The position numbers and the translations under genes are program-made. Positions 60,393-64,000 of a stretch of 64,000 nt of DNA are shown in pieces. The stretch comes from Candidatus Poribacteria bacterium (lineage in GTDB: Bacteria; Poribacteria; WGA-4E; PCPOR2b), in the NCBI GenBank assembly GCA_965208675.1, contig OZ242351.1:2368001-2432000 (forward strand), given 5' to 3'. The notes under the pieces were generated by a model. The model saw only the letters and a list, made by a program, of their open reading frames with translations. It was not told the DNA's origin and made no database searches. The first letter of the stretch is position 1. Every line of letters begins with the position of its first letter.

Positions 60393-60452
60393 TTTAATTT
60401 GTAATTTGATTCAAATAAACCACATCATGGCAATATATGCCTCATAATCTGA

Positions 60453-60481
60453 ATTATACTACCTAACACATCACATGTCAA
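60453..60481 (-). promoter_or_regulatory. Perfect-consensus sigma70 promoter driving the paralogue-recombinase operon
   Basis: TTGACA-17 nt-TATAAT on the minus strand. Confidence 0.85.
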
Positions 60482-60608
60482 GCATTTTTTTGATTCTCTG
60501 ACCACGAAGGTTAAACTCGCTCCAATCCTCTTCCTGTCCGCATCCCCTACGACATCTGAAAGTAAAAGGCTAACTCGCCGCTAAATTTCTGAATCTAAAT
60601 TCCCTCGC

Positions 60609-60637
60609 TTGGCAAGGGTTAAAATCCATGTTATACT
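60609..60637 (+). promoter_or_regulatory. Divergent sigma70-type promoter with no downstream ORF
   Basis: TTGGCA-17 nt-TATACT with extended TG. Confidence 0.55.
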
Positions 60638-60643
60638 AAAATA

Positions 60644-60800
60644 GCGAATTTTGGCGAAGACAAAGCCAGACGTGTCATCTAGGATTTGTGCGAGTATTTT
60701 GGGTTAGAGTAAAAACTTTGCTACCAATTTCGCACTTCTAATCTCAAACGAAAGAACCGCACCTAGCACAATCGAACCTGACGCTACTAACCCGTCAGGC
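60644..60800 (+). ncRNA. Candidate structured non-coding RNA
   Basis: Nested pairings behind the 60609 promoter and a closing hairpin; no ORF. Confidence 0.3.
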
Positions 60801-61128
60801 CTCTCAAAAATGAGCATTCTCAACTTATTTTTTCAAATGCTCACGAATGCTCAACCCCACTAACCCGCTCTCCGTCTAGCCTAAAGCCCATTTTCGCCAA
60901 TTTTCGCATAATCCAAATGCTCACATAATAAGCAAATCAAAATCGCAATTCTACTTCCCGTCAACCCAACCAAACAGGAGCGTTTTTGATTCGTTCGAAC
61001 AACACATACTCCAAAATTTCCCCCTTTTTTTATGGACTGTAAAAACTGTAATTTTGGCTGAAATGTGCGGTTTTGGATTTCGTGCTGTTGATATTTGCCT
61101 CTCGGCGTCATACGGGTTACTGGTTTTT

Positions 61129-61389
61129 GTAGGTTGGGTTAAGCTGAGCAATCGAAAGACGCTAGACATATCGAACGGATGTCGGTATTTGAACATGATT
61201 GGAGGTCGTTAAGATTCAGCGAACCCAACGCTTTTGGACATTACGGCGCGTTTGATTTATCGGAGACGGTTCGGAAATACGAAAAGCGTTGGGTTACGCT
61301 TGATGCCTCGAATCTTGGACGGCGTTAGGCTTCCAGAGCGCAACGTAAAATGGTACATCAATTGGTGAAATCCGCTCAACCCAACCTAC
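61129..61389. repeat. REPIN-like doublet of long REP arms (copy 5)
   Basis: Arms at 61129-61229 and 61288-61389. Confidence 0.88.
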
Positions 61390-61407
61390 AAAAACTGAAT
61401 TGCGACC

Positions 61408-61472
61408 AAAAAAAAAGGCGGAGTCCAACCAACCGGATGTATTACCGCGACCCGTTCGGGCTGAACTCCGCG
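61408..61472 (-). terminator. Probable terminator of the 61507 gene
   Basis: GCGGAGT...ACTCCGC stem followed on the minus strand by a long T run. Confidence 0.55.
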
Positions 61473-61506
61473 ATTCCGTTACCGCCTAGCACTTGCAGCC
61501 GGGCAT

Positions 61507-62179
61507 TTAGTGATAGCGATGGAAATGAAAAAGATGTGGAGGTGGGGGTGCATGGGGACCAAACCCCCAGGCTTTGAATTCCTTCACACCACGTCCAGGC
61601 AATACACCAAACTGCATATGCTCACCAAACAGGACATGCCCAGTTTGATTGCCGATAACGCCGGAAAGCGTCAATATGGCCTCCTGCCGTACCGTCAAAC
61701 CTTCAAGCAGTGATGTCTCCAACGCCTTTAGTTCTGTATCTGACGCGGACTGCTTCGATTTGTATTCCTCAAGCGCCGACTGAACCTCCGCGTCATCTGC
61801 CGCTGCCATCGTTTTTCTGAGGTCTTTCAACATCGACGCTAATGTTTCGGCACGCTCCTTCTGATGCTGCAACACGGCTTTTACCTTTGGCTCAAGGTGC
61901 TCTGCCTCCTCGTCCGAGAGATTCAGACGTTCAATTATACCTTTCGTTTTCCGTTCGATAAGCTATTCGGGCGCGACATGCGCTGTCTTGGCTATGCCCT
62001 CTGCTATCTCCGCCATTCGATCCATCATCTTCTCGTGATCAAACTCCTCGTGTTCCGAATGTGCTTTGGCACCGAGAGCGTAAACCCCGGTGAGAATTAC
62101 CGTCAGTGCGATGGCAAGCACAATTGGACGATTCAACTTTAATCTGGACAGTTGCCGTTTGTGTAACAATTTCGACATT
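61507..62179 (-). pseudogene. Secreted helical (Spy/CpxP-like) His-rich protein interrupted by a single TAG
   Basis: ORFs 61963-62217 and 61507-61875 are in frame: ...HVAPE*LIERKTKGIIERLNLSDEE...; GGAGG SD before ATG 62179. Confidence 0.7.
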
Positions 62180-62330
62180 CTCTTTTCCTCCGTAGTGTAG
62201 TGATTTAATTGATACAAACAGTGTCACTGTCGTTTTACACAAAGGGCGTCATAAAAAGTTCGCTTTTTCTGCTTTCATTAAGTGAGTGCACGTCAGTAAA
62301 GGCTACGTAAGTCATTGCTTTTTACTGCCG

Positions 62331-62753
62331 TTACCCGTTCTTGTCCCACGTAGACACCACACCGTTACCGTATTCATTGATTCCGATTGCAACTTTGCCT
62401 TCGCCCTTGCCATGTAAATCGACACGCCCGCCATGTTCATCAATACTAAGCCACGACGCCTGCGCTTTCCCGCCTTTGCCACGGACACCGACAACCCCGC
62501 CGTGCTCATCAATTCCGAGCGATGCCCACGATAACCTGTCATTACCGTGGATACTGATAGCTCCGCCATGGTCACTAGCTGTGATAATCACTGTCACTTT
62601 TCCGTCCGCATCAACGACCCTCAAACGTGTACACTCAATATCCCTAAACTTATCGCGCTCTGCCGTGCTGGACGACACCAGCCCAATTCCAAACAGCATC
62701 CCAATAATAGCTATCATCTCGCCAAAAACCATATAGACCAACTTAACCTTCAA
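62331..62753 (-). CDS. Gly-rich beta-repeat membrane-anchored protein (array member 3)
   Basis: KVKLVY.., DKFRDIECTRL, GG-repeat units, GINEYGNGVVSTWDKNG. Confidence 0.7.
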   Translation of the reverse strand: MKVKLVYMVFGEMIAIIGMLFGIGLVSSSTAERDKFRDIECTRLRVVDADGKVTVIITASDHGGAISIHGNDRLSWASLGIDEHGGVVGVRGKGGKAQASWLSIDEHGGRVDLHGKGEGKVAIGINEYGNGVVSTWDKNG

Positions 62754-62793
62754 GTCTTTGCTGCTAAAAATTGCGTTACCGCCCCAGTGTTTT

Positions 62794-63309
62794 TTAGTCA
62801 AGGATTTTTGCATTGCCTAATTTATCAGAAGTGATGACCCGCCCGCCGTTTTCCTCTATACTGAGCACCGCCCGCGATTCCCCGTCTTTGCCAAAGACAC
62901 CGACTTCCCCGCCATGTTTATCCACATTGAGCGACGCACCCGATTCCCCGTCCTTGCCCCTAGCCACGACAAGCCCACCGTATTCATTGATACCAACGGA
63001 CGCCCACGATTCTCTGTCCTTGTTGCCATACACACCGACAAAACCGCCGTCTTTATTGGTGCCAAGCGACGCCCACGATTGTTCGCCCTTGCCATAGACC
63101 GCGACAAGCCCGCCGTCATTATTGGTACCGACCACCACCGCCACTTCGCCTTTCGCATCAACAACCTCTAACCGAGAACACTGAATAGTGTCAAACTTAT
63201 CTCTCTGCTCCGTGACCGGCTGCTCCGTGACCGGTGAAACCAACAACGCCGTCAACACACTGCCTACAATGCCGCCAACAATACCGCTTAGAATCACACA
63301 GATTTTCAT
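62794..63309 (-). CDS. Gly-rich beta-repeat membrane-anchored protein (array member 2)
   Basis: TM helix, DKFDTIQCSRLEVVD, about five 22-aa GG repeats. Confidence 0.75.
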   Translation of the reverse strand: MKICVILSGIVGGIVGSVLTALLVSPVTEQPVTEQRDKFDTIQCSRLEVVDAKGEVAVVVGTNNDGGLVAVYGKGEQSWASLGTNKDGGFVGVYGNKDRESWASVGINEYGGLVVARGKDGESGASLNVDKHGGEVGVFGKDGESRAVLSIEENGGRVITSDKLGNAKILD

Positions 63310-63335
63310 TACAAATCCCCCTTTGTAGTTTAGAC

Positions 63336-64000
63336 CTACTGCCGATAGCCATTTTTTTCCCAAGTAGACACAAAGCCGTTTCCATATTCATTAATACCAA
63401 CTACAACACGGCTTTTTTCATCTGTTTTGCCGTAGATAGATACAGCGCCTCCGTTATTATTTGCCAAAAGTTGTACTACGCCATTTTCCTTCCCGTGTTT
63501 ATATCTAGAGACCGTTATCAAACCGCTTTCCCCGTCGTCACTTGCGCCTATTGATGCCAGACTGTTATCATGGTTCGCCCCTTTTGTGTGCAAGAAACCG
63601 CCGCCGCGTTTGGTCGCGGAGATGAAAACTCCGCCACCGTTTTTGTGATTGATTGAAACTACGCCCGTGCCCTCCTTTGATGTTCCCATCGAAGCGCTTA
63701 CGTGGGCACTACTTATTTTCAAGTTACTAAACATGGTTAAGCCCCCGCCATGATTATCCACCCCGAGTCTGACGCCACCTCGGTTTTCGTTCGAGCCGAA
63801 TAGGTATAGTAGACCACCGTGTTCGTCGGTCCTGAGTTCGGCGGTTGTATTCCCGGTAATGGGATCAATCAGCGTCAGCTTGGTGCACTCAATCTCTCCG
63901 AACTTGTCCTTCTGCGCCGTGGCTGGCGACGCTAACATCCCTATTATTGTGCAAAGACACCCTAATAAACTACCAAACCCAATATAGACCAACTTAATTT
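63336..64000 (-). CDS. Gly-rich beta-repeat membrane-anchored protein (array member 1; start at or beyond the window edge)
   Basis: IKLVYIGFG, DKFGEIECTKL, GINEYGNGFVSTWEKNGYRQ. Confidence 0.75.
   Translation of the reverse strand, partial: IKLVYIGFGSLLGCLCTIIGMLASPATAQKDKFGEIECTKLTLIDPITGNTTAELRTDEHGGLLYLFGSNENRGGVRLGVDNHGGGLTMFSNLKISSAHVSASMGTSKEGTGVVSINHKNGGGVFISATKRGGGFLHTKGANHDNSLASIGASDDGESGLITVSRYKHGKENGVVQLLANNNGGAVSIYGKTDEKSRVVVGINEYGNGFVSTWEKNGYRQ

Noticed and set aside
47387-61389. CRISPR array
   Set aside because: The repeats are dispersed and inverted, not a regular direct repeat-spacer array, and no cas genes are present.
53647-62333. Alternative genetic code (TAG reassignment) in the island
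   Set aside because: Two of the four internal stops are TAA, and TAG terminates normal genes (rpsI, 49055, 49694); decay is the simpler explanation.
47000-64000. Intact prophage
   Set aside because: No capsid, portal, terminase large subunit, tail or lysis genes were recognised; only relic-like pieces.

Overview
This is a bacterial chromosomal window of about 50% GC, most likely Candidatus Poribacteria. That call is an inference from LamG proteins ending in a TWGxIK tail, PhyH, DUF6785 and ASPIC/UnbV genes, and archaeal-type PoK/PPS. Positions 1-47 kb are mostly core or cell-envelope genes: an NtrY-like kinase, a NUDIX/eIF-2B-like fusion, a VWA / coiled-coil / LamG-cohesin / 2890-aa TPR-thioredoxin / htpG cluster, a PorV-like barrel, TonB, inositol-1-P synthase, pantoate kinase, phosphopantothenate synthetase, prmA, rplM-rpsI-purA, tRNA-Lys and tRNA-Glu. 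Positions 47-64 kb form an accessory, partly decaying island. It holds small membrane proteins, three DUF805 paralogues, a DUF2280-like protein, an operon of two paralogues of unknown function plus a catalytically altered Cre-like recombinase behind a perfect sigma70 promoter, and a tandem array of Gly-rich beta-repeat genes. The most striking non-coding signal is a family of GTAG-type REP-like arms with conserved ends and near-constant length (101-104 nt) but highly variable interiors. There are also other dispersed palindromes and several candidate structured RNAs. All calls come from reading sequence and motifs by eye; no database searches or folding programs were run.
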